From contig NW_027191456.1 of the NCBI RefSeq assembly GCF_011745625.1, positions 310,001-374,000 on the forward strand: 64,000 nucleotides of DNA. The letters run 5' to 3'. Of this stretch, positions 23,361 through 36,583 are shown piece after piece. Origin of the DNA: Cladosporium halotolerans. Its lineage: Eukaryota. The translations under genes were made by a program, and so were the position numbers. Every line of letters starts with the position of its first letter. Positions within the stretch are counted from its first letter, which is position 1. The notes under the pieces are model-generated. The model was not told where the DNA came from, did no database searches, and worked only from the letters and a program-made list of their open reading frames with translations.

Positions 23361-24337
23361 AGCGACGCAGAAGACTGAGGCACGGTGCTATTGAGGCTAT
23401 TCTCAAGACCTTCTACCCTGTACATACTTCGTTCTAATGACGCTGACTGTATACACGTTCAGTCCAACTGAATATTCGGGAATATTCTCCTTTGGTGTAA
23501 CCTGGTCCGCGACCACAACGCTCGACGTCGAAGTTGATGGAAGACCCATCACAGAACAGTAACTCAAAACCAGCAACCAGCACACCAATGTCTTTACCAC
23601 ACTACACTGTAAGCCGTTGAAAATATTGAGCCTCGTCTCAAATCACGAACCGCCATCACAAGTGGCAGAGCGACGATTCCGTCTTCGGCGCTTGCAGCGG
23701 TGGGGTTAACAGGGTTAGGGTTGGGGTAAGCGGAGCGAAGGTCCCGACTGTGTCTCGAAAACAACATGCAGGCTCCACAAGACGCAGAAGTGTCCAGGCC
23801 GGCCCAAATTGCGTCGTTGAGCGCCACACGTCCATCCCTAAATCACCGTGAAGCGGTGTATACCTCCCGTGTCACACAAACACGCTGCAAGCGTCAGCTT
23901 ACCTGCGCCCAATCCAAGCTGCTGGATTGTCAGCAACAGCCACATCGCAGCATGCGGGCCTGAAGACATGGACAAATATCACCTCATGGGACCATGGACA
24001 GAGGGACTATCACGGAAGTGGGCATTGCCTGGGGTTCATGCGCGTCACTGCACCTCGCAATGACCCGAGAGCTGGTAAACCCAGCATATCACGCTGTGCG
24101 ATAGATCCCAAGACTCACGATTACCCTGATCTTGTGTTCGGGTAGTAACAGTATGGCTTGTTCAGCTTCGTATTTATCCATGACTTCAGCTGCGGATGCG
24201 CTGAGGTCTCAAACGCGAGTTGCATCTCAGCTGAGGGACGATGTCTGGTATAAATCGCCGGCAGCTTCTTCCCTCGGAGGATAAAAGTCCCTTCATACAA
24301 TCACAAACTGCTCGATAGACTCCTCAAAAGCTTCACA

Positions 24338-26098
24338 ATGGCGCCTGCTCTAGACTTCAACAACATCCAGGGAGACATCCTCCTCGACGGTCTCCCCAAG
24401 CGTGTGGAGTCCTTCTTCTTTTTCCAGATCGTCGACGGCCGTGTCAAAGATTTCTGTCGCAGCCTGAAGCAAGTCGCCAATGAGATTTCTCATGTCGACA
24501 ATACTGCCCAGCTTCGTCAGGAAATCAGCGACCACAAGGCCGCGAGGAAGGATGGCTCGCTTGTTGAGATGGCTGGAGCCAACATCGCATTCTCGTGGAA
24601 GGGCCTTCAGAAGGTGAGTTGAATCAGGTTTAATACCCTTACGATGTGCCTCTCTACTCTCACCAATACGGATGACCTTCTATTATGCAGAGTGCGCTAA
24701 TGGTATCAACAGATGTCCACCGTCCTCGCGAAGGATATCGGCAGCCCGGGCGAAAAAGACTTCCAAGACGGCATGAAAGCGCACGCCGTGGGCAATGAGG
24801 CGAACCCCAGTATCATTGGCGATCCAATCAAGCCAGGTACTAATGAGCCGGACTGGGAACAGCCTTTCATGAAACCAGAAGTTCTTCACGGAGTCATCTT
24901 GGTCACGGGAAACGATGACGCCCACGTCAAGCAGAAGCTCGACAGCATCAAGAAGCTGTTCCAGTTCGGCACTGCGTCCGCTTCGGTGAAGGAACTCGTC
25001 ACGATCTCGGGCAAAGTACGTCCTGAGCCAAACAAGGGCCATGAACAGTAAGCCAGACCTCTTCCAAGTTGAGTAGTATTTTCCTAGAAGGTCCATATTG
25101 ACCAGAGCCCGTCAGCTTCGGATTCAACGACGGCATATCGCAGCCCGCCATCGATGGCGTCGACAAAGCTCCACAGGGCCAGGATACCATCGACCAAGGC
25201 GTCATCCTCTGTAACAGAGGTTCGAACGCTGGCCAGCACCCGGCATGGATGACGGATGGCAGTTTCCTCGCCTTCCGCAAGCTGCAACAAAACGTCCCTG
25301 AGTTCAACAAGTTCCTTGTGGATGCCTCGAACAGCTTGGGCACTTGGTCCGGTCAGCTGGGAGCCAGGCTGATCGGCCGCTGGCCGTCAGGTGAGTACGA
25401 TCGCCTCCCTCGTTTGCTCGGAAACGCGGAAAGAGACTGTCCAAGTGTGCCAACGTTGACGAATCCAATTGTTCTGACATGACACCAGGATGTCCGGTCC
25501 AAAGCTCACCCGACTTCGACGACAAAGGCATCGCCGCGGATCCGAATCGCAACAACGACTTCCACTTCGACCGTGCGTCTCAGGTGGCCTGCCCGCTGGC
25601 CGCACATATCCGCAAGACCAACCCGCGTGAGGATCTCGGTCCCAGAGGACCGAACGGCGTCGTCAACCAGTTCCGCATTCTCCGTCGCGGCATTCCCTAC
25701 GTGGGTTCACTCACTTCGAGCCCCTTTGAATTGTTCGCTGACATCTACACCTATAGGGCAACGAAGTCTCCGCCGACCCGAACGGCAAGCGCGGCCTGCT
25801 TTTCGTCTGCTACCAGAGCACCATCTCCAAGGGTTTCGCGTTCCTGCAGGGCCAGTGGGCGAACGATCGTGACTTCCTCAGCCCGGGGACCGGTTTTGAC
25901 GCTGTTCTCGGCCAGCTCAGCAAGAGCGAGCAGGTCGACGTGACAGGCATGTTCCCGCAAGATGCCAAGAGAGCAGTCAAGTTAAATGCAGTCAATGCTT
26001 TCGTTGTGCCTAAGGGTGGCGAGTATTTCTTCTCGCCTTCGATGGGAGCGCTGAGGGGCATTTTGGCGGAGGTCAAGGAGGCCAAGGCAGAGTTGTAA
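24338..26098 (+). CDS. DyP-type (dye-decolorizing) heme peroxidase without signal peptide; 5 exons
   Basis: NIQGDIL, HEHFGFNDGISQP (GxxDG), WMTDGSFLAFRKLQQNVPEF, GRWPSG, CPLAAHIRKTNPR (proximal His), RILRRGIPYG (distal Arg), RGLLFVCYQ, GGEYFFSPS. Introns 24614-24712, 25048-25115, 25391-25488, 25701-25756. TATAAA at about 24249. Confidence 0.92.
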
Positions 26099-26471
26099 AG
26101 AGATGACCGGTCTACCTTATGTTTTCGACATCCGATGATATTTCGATCGCAAAGTAAGCAGTTTCGCTCATTACTGCCATCCAATGCGCCCTGTGTTCGT
26201 TTGGTCAGAATTCGTTTGCAAAGGGTGCCAGCTTCGTCGCACTGCGATATCGATCATGGCGAAGCATCCAGTGACCCTGAAGGATGCTGCCATGACTAGG
26301 CTCGATTAAATGGTGAAATCGATCGTCTTCTGATACCTGGCGATTCTAAATGTCTTGAAAGTATTTCATGTATACATTTGATGCTATGCCCAGAGCCGCA
26401 AAATGCAGAGTCTCAGCATCAACAGTCCGCTATACGTACAAATCTATTGCCACAGCACATCTCGTCAAATC

Positions 26472-27246
26472 TTACACGGGCGTTGTGCCGCTGATCCTCT
26501 CGGCGGTTGCAGCACCATTTGGCGCAGGCGGCATCGGCACCTCCTTTCTTGCCCTCCTCAAGCTCTCCTCAGTGACACCGTTTCCAAGCTTCGTAATGCC
26601 CATGACCGGAGGGTCGCCTTTCTTCACAAATTCATACTGCCCAGGCAACTTGTTCCCCGCCAACCTGAACGCATCCCTGATAACCTGCTCGTGCACGTCG
26701 CCCTTGACCTCGAACAGGATCTTGCTCACGGCCGGCCGGCACGCCCAGTAGTCGAAGCTGCCTTTACCCTTACCCATACGCTGATCGTTTCCGGAGGTGT
26801 AGACGCCGATGTTGGCGGACACGCGGTGGTAGAGGCGGTACTTCATGCCACGCAGGCGCTTCTTGATGGTCTCGTCGGCGATCTTGAGCTGCTGCGCGGA
26901 GATTCGGCGGTCGTGGTCCTTCAGTCTGATGCCGTAGTCGCCCCACACGAGTGTTGTGCCGCGTGTGCTGCCGCCGGTCGGAACGCGAGGTCGGCCTTTG
27001 CGCGATTTGCAGGATTCGCCGGCTTTGGGAGCGAGCCAGTCGAGGCTCCTAGGTGTGGAAGAGAAGGCGCGGGTGGGTTGTGAGGGTGTGGATTCGAGCG
27101 TGAGCGATCGCAGTGCAGAAGAGAGGCCTGAGGTACTTATTAGCTTGTGCCTACTGATCGGACGGAAGTGTTCGCATACAGCATGGTCTGCTTGTGAAGG
27201 AGAGGAGGGAGGATTGCGCCGTCGTCGCAGCGCGCCTGGCTGCCAT
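26472..27246 (-). CDS. MRPL16: Mitochondrial ribosomal protein uL16m; 2 exons
   Basis: Arg/Ser-rich presequence, intron 27128-27179, then KSRKGRPRVPTGGS..WGDYGIRL, RMGKGKG, AFRLAGNKLPG. Confidence 0.92.
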
Positions 27247-27466
27247 GGTCGATATACGACCCTCGTGCATATGCGGTATATCGCAGGAAGATTCCAATCG
27301 AGTTTTTCTCCAAAGACAACAGCAATTCGCCGAGCTGCTTCACTTGTCGTTCACTTCCGCCCGCCGGTCCATCTCGACGTTCGATGTTCCTTCGCGGAGG
27401 TTCAAGCGGCCAGATCGGCGGCTCGGCGCGCTCGTCCTAGCGCGACTCGTTCGGCAGGCAGCTCAC

Positions 27467-27486
27467 GTCGTCACGTCACGACGCGT
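27467..27486. promoter_or_regulatory. MCB-like element (ACGCGT at 27481) with adjacent CGTCA/CACGTCACG repeats in the MRPL16/RFC1 divergent promoter
   Basis: ACGCGT about 135 bp upstream of the RFC1 ATG. MCB control of replication genes is established in ascomycetes. Confidence 0.55.
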
Positions 27487-27619
27487 TCTTAATTGAAGCG
27501 CTGAAACGCCCGCGGCTTAACAGTACCTGAGCACCATTGCTGCCTGTATGGGCGGTTCGTGACCCCGCCGATCACCGTACAACATCATCGCCAATTGAGT
27601 GTCTTTGAGCAACGCCAAA

Positions 27620-30600
27620 ATGCCTTCAGACATTAGGTCGTTTTTTGGCGGCAAGCCTGCGGGTGCGCCTGCTGAACCAGCCAAGCCTAAGGAGAGCAAA
27701 GAACCCAAAAAGCGCGGTAGAGGGAGGAAAGTCGTAGACGACGACGAGGATGACGAGCCGACTCCGAAGAAGAGCACTCCCAAGAAGGCAGCCTCGAGAA
27801 AGCAACCTGAGCCAGAACCCGTCCTCGAGGAGACCACCGCCGACGACTTCTTTGGCAAGGGAAACAAGCCTAAGCGCAGCGAGCCCGTCCGACCGAAACC
27901 GAAAGGCAAACCCGTAGAAGAAGAGAAGCCGAGACCTACCAAAGCAGGTGCAAAGAAGGATACACCGAACGGAAGGGCTTCGACAAGAAAGAAGACTACT
28001 ACAAGCTATGCCGATCTGGATGCGGACGACTTCCCGGACGACGACATGGAAGAGGATGCGGACGATGTGTTCAAGTCTGGTGCAAAGACTGGCCGCAAGA
28101 TGGACGATGCATACGAAGAGGGCACAGGCGATGAGGACGACGAGCCCGTTCAACGAAAAAGGGCGGAGCGAAACGGCAAACAAAAGGTGCTCAGAGGCCA
28201 TGACCAGAATGACGCCGACGAAGACGTGGAGATGAAGGATACAAATCCTGACGACGACTTTGTCGTTCCGGACGATGACGAGGAGATTGTGGAAGATAAG
28301 CCGGCGAAAAAGACAACAGCGGCAGCTGCGAAGAAACGGAAGGCTCCCGTTGATGACGAAGATGACGATGATCTGGAGATCGAAGAATCAAAGCCGAAGA
28401 AGCGCGCATCTCCTGTGAAAAAATCCACACCAGCGAAAAAGCAGAAGAAGGACGACCCGCCAAAGACAAGCGCTTCGATGCAAGCCATATTCGACAGCAT
28501 CCCCACGATCGAGCCACCACCCCCTCCCGGAAAGTCTGGCGATGATGATGGCAAGAAGAAGTTCCAGTATGGCCAGCACAAGAACTCAGAGGCGCCAGCA
28601 GGCGCGATCGATCCATCGGAGTTCCCGACTGGTGAGGACAATTGCCTGGCTGGCCTTAGCTTTGTCTTCACTGGACAGTTGTCGACACTCGGTCGCGATC
28701 AGGGATCAGCATTGGTGAAGCAGTATGGCGGCAAGGTCATGAGTGCGCCCTCGAAAAAGACCAGCTATGTCATACTGGGCGAGGATGCTGGCCCGAAGAA
28801 GCTGGAAACCATCAAAGCCCACAATCTCAAAGTCATCAACGAGCAGGGTCTGTTCGAGCTAATCAGGAGACTTCCTGCCAACGGCGGAGACTCTGCAGCA
28901 GCGGAGGAGCAGGCGAAGAAGCTCAAGAAAGAGGAAGAGAACATCCGCAAGGCAGCAGAAGAGATCGAGCAGCAAGAACGGGCGAAAATGGCCGCCGCAA
29001 AGCCCAGACCTCAGGTGAACGGATCTGCACCAGCGTCGCAATCTTCTGACAAGGGCAAGGCGGCGGCGCAAGACCCGTCAAATCAGCTGTGGACAGTACG
29101 CTATGCGCCACAGTCTTTGAACCAGATTTGCGGCAACAAGGCTCAGGTTGAGAAGCTTGGTCGTTGGCTTCGCGCGTTTCCGAAGAACCAACGCACCAAG
29201 TTCAGGATGCCGGGAGCGGATGGCAGCGGTACTTTCAGGGCTGTCATGATTCACGGTCCACCCGGTATCGGCAAGACTACAGCAGCGCATCTGGTGGCGA
29301 AGCTCGAGGGATATGACATTGTTGAATCCAATGCCTCGGACACTCGCTCAAAGAAGCTTATTGAGAGCAGTCTGAAGGGCGTGCTGAGCACAACGTCGCT
29401 GATGGGTTATTTCTCTGCCGGTGCCGATCAAGTCGAAGCCAGCAAGAAGAAGCTTGTGCTCATCATGGATGAGGTTGACGGTCTGTCTGCTGGTGACCGT
29501 GGCGGTGTTGGCGCCATTGCAGCCGTTGCGAAGAAATCACAGATTCCGATGATTCTCATTTGCAACGAGCGCAAGCAACCGAAGATGAAGCCTTTCGACT
29601 TTGTCACGTACGATCTGGGCTTCCGTCGCCCAACCACCGACATGATCCGCAGCCGCATCAGCACGATCGCCTTCCGCGAGGGCCTCAAGATGCCTCCAAA
29701 CGTTATGAACGCTTTGATCGAAGGCACGGGAGCCGACATTCGACAGGTCATCAACATGATCAGCACTTCGAAGCTTGATACTGACAAGATGAGCTTCGAA
29801 GAAGGAAAAGATATGTCAAAGGCCTGGGAGAAGCACATCGTTCTTAAGCCCTGGGATATGGTGGGCAAGATTCTCAACGGATCCATGTTTAACCCGGCTG
29901 CGAAGTCAACGCTGAACGATAAGCAAGAGCTATACTTCAACGACCATGATTTTGCGCCTCTCATGTTGCAAGAAAACTACCTTGGCACCAACCCTGTGCG
30001 TTCGGGTAAACACAACGCCGAGCCCAAGAAGAAGAAGCTTGCCAACCTCGATTTGATCTCCAAGGCCGCCGACTCCATTAGTGATGGAGATCTGGTTGAC
30101 CGCATGATCCACGGCTCTCAGCAGCAATGGTCACTGATGCCGGCGCACGCCATGTTCTCGTTCGTGCGCCCAGCTTCATTCGTCTACGGGTCCATGGCAG
30201 GCAACCAGACCCGCTTCACATCTTGGATGGGCAAGAACAGCACCCAAGGCAAATTGATGAGAATGATCAAGGAGATCCAAGGCCATATGCGCCTGCGGAC
30301 GAGTGGCGATCGTTTCGAGATCCGTCAGACCTACCTGCCTTTGCTCTTCGATCGTCTTATCAAGAGGTTGCAAGTAGAAGGCAAAGAGGCGGTGCCGGAG
30401 ATCATCGAGCTCATGGATGAGTATTTCCTGACAAAGGACGATTGGGATGCGATATTGGAGTTGGGTGTTGGCGATGCCGACATGGATAAGATCAAGATTG
30501 AGACCCAGGCCAAGGCGACCTTCACCAGGGTGTGAGTACCACCTTCACGTTCGACTTTTGATGTCATTAACTCGTACTGACTTTCCACACAGCTACAATC

Positions 30601-30935
30601 AGCAATCGCATCCTCTCCCCTTCATCAAGTCCTCTCAGGTCGTTGCACCCAAGAAAGGCGCCACGAAGGAGAAGCCCGACCTCGAAGAAGCCCTCGAGGA
30701 GTCCGAAGAGGAAGGCGCAGACGACGCAGACGTCAAAGAAGAAGACGATGGCGATAACGACCTCTCGAAAGACAAGTATGTCAAAGCGCCGAAGAAGAAA
30801 AAGGCGCCCGCTGCAAAGGGTAAGGGTAAAGGCAAGAAGGCTGCTGCGGCAGATGACGACGAGGATGACGAGGACGTCAAGCCGGCCAAGGGAAAGGGTA
30901 AGGCTGCAGCTGGCAAGGGGAAGGCCAAGAAGTAG
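27620..30935 (+). CDS. RFC1: Replication factor C large subunit; 2 exons
   Basis: MPSDIRSFF, BRCT domain (CLAGLSFVFTG..GGKV..GPKKL), Walker A GPPGIGKTT, ESNASDTRS, Walker B MDEVDG, QENYL. Intron 30532-30592 gives FTRVYNQQSHP. Confidence 0.96.
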
Positions 30936-31529
30936 GTTCGCGGCTTGCAAATGTCGGGTGGGATTGTCGAAATGAGCATTGTGCATTCGAGCAGGTTTAA
31001 CAGAAGCGCCTGAGCTGCAGGGAGGAGTCACTAATGAGGGAAGATCAAGTGTCCTTTGGGGCGCGGGGAGCATGTACTACACGCAATGCATCCGCATCGG
31101 TATTGCAAAGATACGAATTCAGTACGGAACACTGGTTCTTCACGGCATATTTCCGAGGAAATGCTTCACCATGATAGAGTTTTGTCACAATGGAAAAAGT
31201 AAGGCACAAGGCACGATGATATGTCTCGAAAACAAATTGCTGTTAACTCAAGCTAAATATTGCACAGATGGAGAACTCAAGACGGACTGGCAAAGAAAGC
31301 ATAATCATGTAAAATTGCCGCGTTCATCTGATCGTTTAGATATCCGACCGTTCGTCCAGTCGTTTCTTCGTCGAAACGTTCACTCGTTTGTTCCGAGCCA
31401 AGGTCCTCGTAGTCGTAGATCTCCACCTCACGTACGCGCTCGACCTGCCAACATATCCCGACGCAAAGAGAACAGTTGGATCGAGATCAAGCTCCTCCCG
31501 AGCTTCTCGCAGTGCTCGCGACCGCCCTG

Positions 31530-31802
31530 CTACTTGTCAGCAGCTTCCTTGGCGATCCGCTGCTTCTCGGCATGGGCAATGCCCCTGCGGATCAAGAAGC
31601 GGGTGACGGCGGCGTTCGCAGCACTTTCACTCGGTTTTCTCTGCCAGCGGTGAAGCTGGCATTGCGGCTCAGTCGATTCGATCAAGCCCTCTGTGGATGG
31701 AGGGCCTTGGTACATCCCTGTACCGGGGCGCTTCTCTGGGCCGTCCTTCATGACTGGACAGCTGCGGGAAGCGCTGGCGTTGTTGCCGCCGTTCTGTGCC
31801 AT
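31530..31802 (-). CDS. Possible small protein (about 70-90 aa), perhaps spliced
   Basis: ATG follows an A/C-rich leader (aacaacaacc). Codon usage is C/G-biased. Internal gtac..ctgag..ccag looks intron-like. No family recognised. Confidence 0.35.
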   Translation of the reverse strand: MAQNGGNNASASRSCPVMKDGPEKRPGTGMYQGPPSTEGLIESTEPQCQLHRWQRKPSESAANAAVTRFLIRRGIAHAEKQRIAKEAADK

Positions 31803-34800
31803 GAATTGGTTGGGCTCGATGTTGGTTGTTGTTGTTTCTTTTTGTTTAATCGATCAAGAAGATTGTTCGAAGTAATCTTTGTTTTTCGCGAGACGATGCA
31901 AACGTAAAGGCCGTAAAAGGCGTACTCATGATGTGTATATAAGCTGTTGTCGCATTACAATGTGTTTGTGCCCCAACACCCATAGGTGTTGGGCTTTGCC
32001 TTCACCATACGAATGTGAAGGGTCGTTGTCAATGCCGTTGTATATACGCAGACGCACTCCAATACGGGTCCAGCCTGAAAGCTATAGGTCTCCAGGGGGA
32101 GGTCTAGACCTCGCGGAATGCAGATCTGAGCAGAGAGTGAATCCATGCATGCGCTGTGGCTATGCCGTTGTGTATGTGCGCTGTAGAGTGAAGTCAGAAT
32201 GGCTTTCAAGAGTTTCGGTGGCTTTGTTCGGCTGAGAGAGAAGTGAGACGTAGACAGACAAAGGAAGTCGAGCTGCAGGATGGACTGGTGCAAGGAGTGT
32301 CTATGCGAATCCTCATGTTGGCCTCATTGGCCGCGATACCATTGCATTCAAGTGACACATGTTGAATCGAACATTGTTGATGTGCGTCTCGTACAGCTCG
32401 GGATCATGCCTGCTTATGTGGGTGAGGTTAAGATGCATAATGGTTGATTGCTTTGTTGAAGTGTAGGTTACGAGCCTTGCCAGCCCGCTGAGACTTTCCA
32501 GCTGGCTCGCCGGACAAAGGAATGTGAGATCAGATGGACCGTGGAGTGCACATCGGCTGTGGGCTATCCCAGCGGACGGAAAGAATAGATTGTCTCGTTG
32601 CTCAGAAATGACACGACCAAAAGACAATGTAGGCGGACGCTCGTATTCTTCGATCTATTGTCACACCACCGACATTTACAAAACCGTGGTCAATCATCTC
32701 ATAGTGACGGAGTAAGAAAAGCGCAAAGAGTCAACCAACATGAATCGAGCCTCATACGCGCACGGCATCCAGGACCTGGCAAGAATACACCAACGCGACG
32801 TCAGTAGCAGATGTAAACATCAGCACAAAATAGGCAAGGCCCCACCCAGACCTGCAATATACCCACGGACTTGCGTCCGGAATGATATATTACAATAACA
32901 TACCCTGGTCAACCGACAGTCGTCGGAGTCGTGCTCGCGTGAGTAGCTGTCTGCCCTTCATATCAGATCATAATTAGGGCAACAACACCTCACCTCACCT
33001 CTCACCAAATCCACCACCACTCCGGTCCGCCCGCAATCGCGTCTCGCACACATCTCCGACGCCATCACCAAATCCCATCAAACGCGACGATCGCGCGGGA
33101 AAGTGTATGAAGGCCAGCTAGCCGCCCAACGGGCAACCCGAAAGGCAAACGAACCCCAAAACGGCAATCCAGAAACGAAGCAAGTGATTATTGAGTGGGT
33201 GGGCTCCATCGGCCCCGACTCTCCGCTCCAGAGTCAAGGAAAACGTACAAAACGCCCGCCCGCCCGGCCGTTGGCTCATTTCTTCAAGCCCGTGTGGCGC
33301 GCGGGCCCAACGGCGTCATCAGCGGTCTGCTGGACGTGCATTGCATGGGTATGCCTGTCGACGGTGTGGTGTCGCGTGGAAGGATTCTGGTGGCGCGGGC
33401 GGAGCGGTGGGCTTCGGGGAATTTCGTTAGAGTTGGCTTTGTTTGGTTCTGGTTGTTTGTTTGCTTGCTTGCCGTGTTTGGCGTGTGTGTGACGCGAAAA
33501 CGACGCGACGCGGGGCGGAAAGTCAACCGTGGGTTTTTTTGCGCGGTGGTGCTGACTGGCGGCCTTGGGCTTGGGGCTGGGGCTTAGGTGAGATTATTGG
33601 CGAGTGCGGGGTGCGGAGATGATGAGGGCGCGTGACGGTGTTGTTGTGGTTGATGACGGCGACGCGTCGCGTCGTTCTTGGGTGTGTGAAGGGACGCTTG
33701 TTGGGGAAGACGGACATTCGCTGTCATGCATCTCTGAAGAGGGCTTGCGAGGGCTCGGAGGATGGACCGGAAGAATTCTGGGGTCGTGGGAATGGCATGT
33801 CTCAGATGCTGGATCTGAACGGTTTCGCGGAGATGGGGGTTGAAGAGTTGAGACAATCAAATGAAGGTTTGTTGCCATGCCTGTAATTACATGTCGTTTG
33901 TATGAAGATTTGCTCGTAAGGGTATGCATGTGGTTGAAATCGACCTGTCACATACCAGTAATTCTTTGAGGAGTCTTTGATCCGGCACATGTCCCTACCT
34001 GGATCCATGGAACGTTACTTTGGCTTTCGAGGGTACTCTTCGAAAGCAGCATCAAACGGATTTTTCCGCTGAGTGATGCCGCTCGTTATCGGGTTCAATG
34101 TCAACATCGCCCTTCCACTGGGGGGTCAAGCATACGTCATTCTAAATTGACAGGGTTCATTTGAATGATAATTTTTTCCTCCGATGCTGCGATCGTTGTG
34201 AGGGCGATGTGCTTGACACGCGTTGGACTGTTTGAGACACAGCCTTGGGGCCAGAATTTCCGACGTCGGCCTGTGATTCCGGGCTTACCTAGGCAGACTG
34301 TGCGGCTAGGGCGGGAAGCTTCGTGAGGGTGTGGTGCTTCGTTGGAAGCGATTCATGCGCCTTGGTATCGCCGTAGGAAAATGATTAGCAGGACGTAGGC
34401 TTTGATCGCAGGACTGGGCCCAGCCTCCTGGTGGGACCTATTGCATGGTGGGTGATAATTCGCTTGCTGCGAACGACGGGAGAAGCCTGGCCGCATCGCC
34501 TCCAGCTCCCCGTCCGCACATACTCGGCAGGAGTCTATATGCCCGTGGTGATAAGCCGCGAGCTGAAGTATCTTGCGTCACAAGAAAGGTGACAAGCGGC
34601 CAACGACAAGCCGTGTTCCAGCAGAGTGCAAGCCCGTGGCCTGTCAGCGCACGCTTGCGCCGTCACTTCGCCTCAAAGTCGGACGACAGGCGCCGCGTCC
34701 CAGGCCTGCAGGGCGGAAAAGCACATCAAGCAGCTGGCGCGAGCTACACACGCCGGCTTGCACAGACGAGCGACCGGCGCTCAGATCCCCCAGGGCGTGT

Positions 34801-36583
34801 AATAGGCGGGAACGGGCGGCTGGGTTGGACGCGACAGGGCTGCCATGCGCCGGGGAGGCTAGTTTGGATGCCGGCCGGACATGGTCTTTGCAGGATTCTC
34901 CCTGCTCTGCATCATTTTCGCCCAAGCACCGAAGCCTATCGGCGCCACGCAGCGAGGCCACCCCGTGCCGGTGGGCAAGAACGTACGGTACACTGCTAGC
35001 TCGCATCATGATAGAGTGCATGCATGGTGCGAATATATATCGACGGACGCATAAGTGAGCCTGCATGTCGCGAGCAGCGCCTGCCGGCACATCAAACGAC
35101 AGCCGAGCGAAGGGCTGGATCGCACATCGAACGACCGCAGGGCCGGGATTGTCGAAGTCGGGGTGTGTGGGGCGATGCTTTTTCGAATGTGGTCATTTGC
35201 GTTTGTACCTGCATGTGGGCGGGATGGTGAAACGGCACCCCTGAGCGGGATGAAACCGGACGGGCCGGGCGTGCAGCGTACCTGACAGGCTGACAGGCTG
35301 CGTGTAGCAGACGGGAGGGCGCATGCAGAGGCGGCGTGGAGTGGGAGGGCGCATGCTGGGAGGGCAGTGGAGGTGTGTAGGAGAGCGTGTAACTCGATAG
35401 GAGGCTGCCCCTTGGGGCTGGGAGACGACAGGACGCAGGGTGGTATGGACAGACGCCGGAGACGGCAGCCAGTCGGGCAGGCATCGCCGGCGTTCATCTC
35501 GCGGGCGACGCAGCGATCGCCTGAGCCGGGCGATCAGCAGGCCAAGCACTTCACTCACAGACTCACTCGATCACTCGTGTGGCCGTGGGCTCTCGACGCA
35601 GAGGGCGGCGCATCATCACTCACCCGCGGCGCTGGGCGCCGAAATTGCCTGCCCCGGGCATGCGTCCTCGCGCCTCCTCGCGCCCCCCCGCCGGCGCGGC
35701 TAGCAGGCATCAGGCACGCTTTAAGGCTCGACGGCGGCGGGTGCTCGACGTGCCACCGCCGCCCGCCAGCACCCAGGCATGCATCTCCCTGCGCCAGCGA
35801 CACGTCTGCGCTAGCGGCCTCCTCCTCCCGCAACGGGCGCACGTCTCTCTACACGCCCAAGCGCGCCGCCGGTTGGTTCTTGAGTCTTGACTCTTGCCTG
35901 CATCCGCCAAACGCTCGCCCGCCCCGTTGCCTGCCAGAAACAGCGACCCGGCACACGCACACGCACTCGCACACCCTCCCGCATCCTCTTCCTCTCTCGC
36001 ACGCGCACACCTCCCGCGCTCCCACGCACCACCACCACCACCGCTCACGCCTTCATCCCGGCCGCCGCTCACTCCATCCGCTCCACGCGCCAGCTCCCTC
36101 CCTCACATCGCCCGCACGCCTCTTTTCGGCCGCCGGCAGCGTCTGTCCTGTGCCAATCGCTGCGTCCTGCTCCTTCGAGCCCCGCTGTGTTGTCCACGCC
36201 GCATTCCGCGCCCTCGGATTGCACCCATCATCGACGGGTACCTGCACTGGCCCGCGTCCGCTCGTTCGAACACCCCACGGCCTCCAACACCCACGCCTCG
36301 CGGCATGCGCGTCTGAGAAAGCGTCGCCCGTTCGCACCCTTGCCCGGACCCATTGGCCATGCTGAGCATTGGAACCTGGGACGCTCAAGACTCGACGCCG
36401 AGAGATTGTTGAAAGACACATCCTACCGCTCGCTTGCCCGCAAACACCGGCTCGCATTGCTACAACCCATTGATTGCCGCAGACGGCGCGTGCGAGTAAT
36501 TCGAGGTCGCACCTGCCTCTCTAGACCTGGCAATTACACGGACTCGCTATTCTTGCAACAACGCTCCTTTCTCACATCAGATA

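Noticed and set aside
30979..31653. 224-aa + strand ORF after RFC1
   Set aside because: Non-ATG start, runs through the RFC1 3' UTR, and has no protein-like features.
33515..33590. GGAAAGTC plus GGGGCTTA resembling the RNase MRP CR-I/CR-V motifs
   Set aside because: CR-I lacks the CCCC needed for P4 pairing, and the spacing (about 60 nt) is too short.
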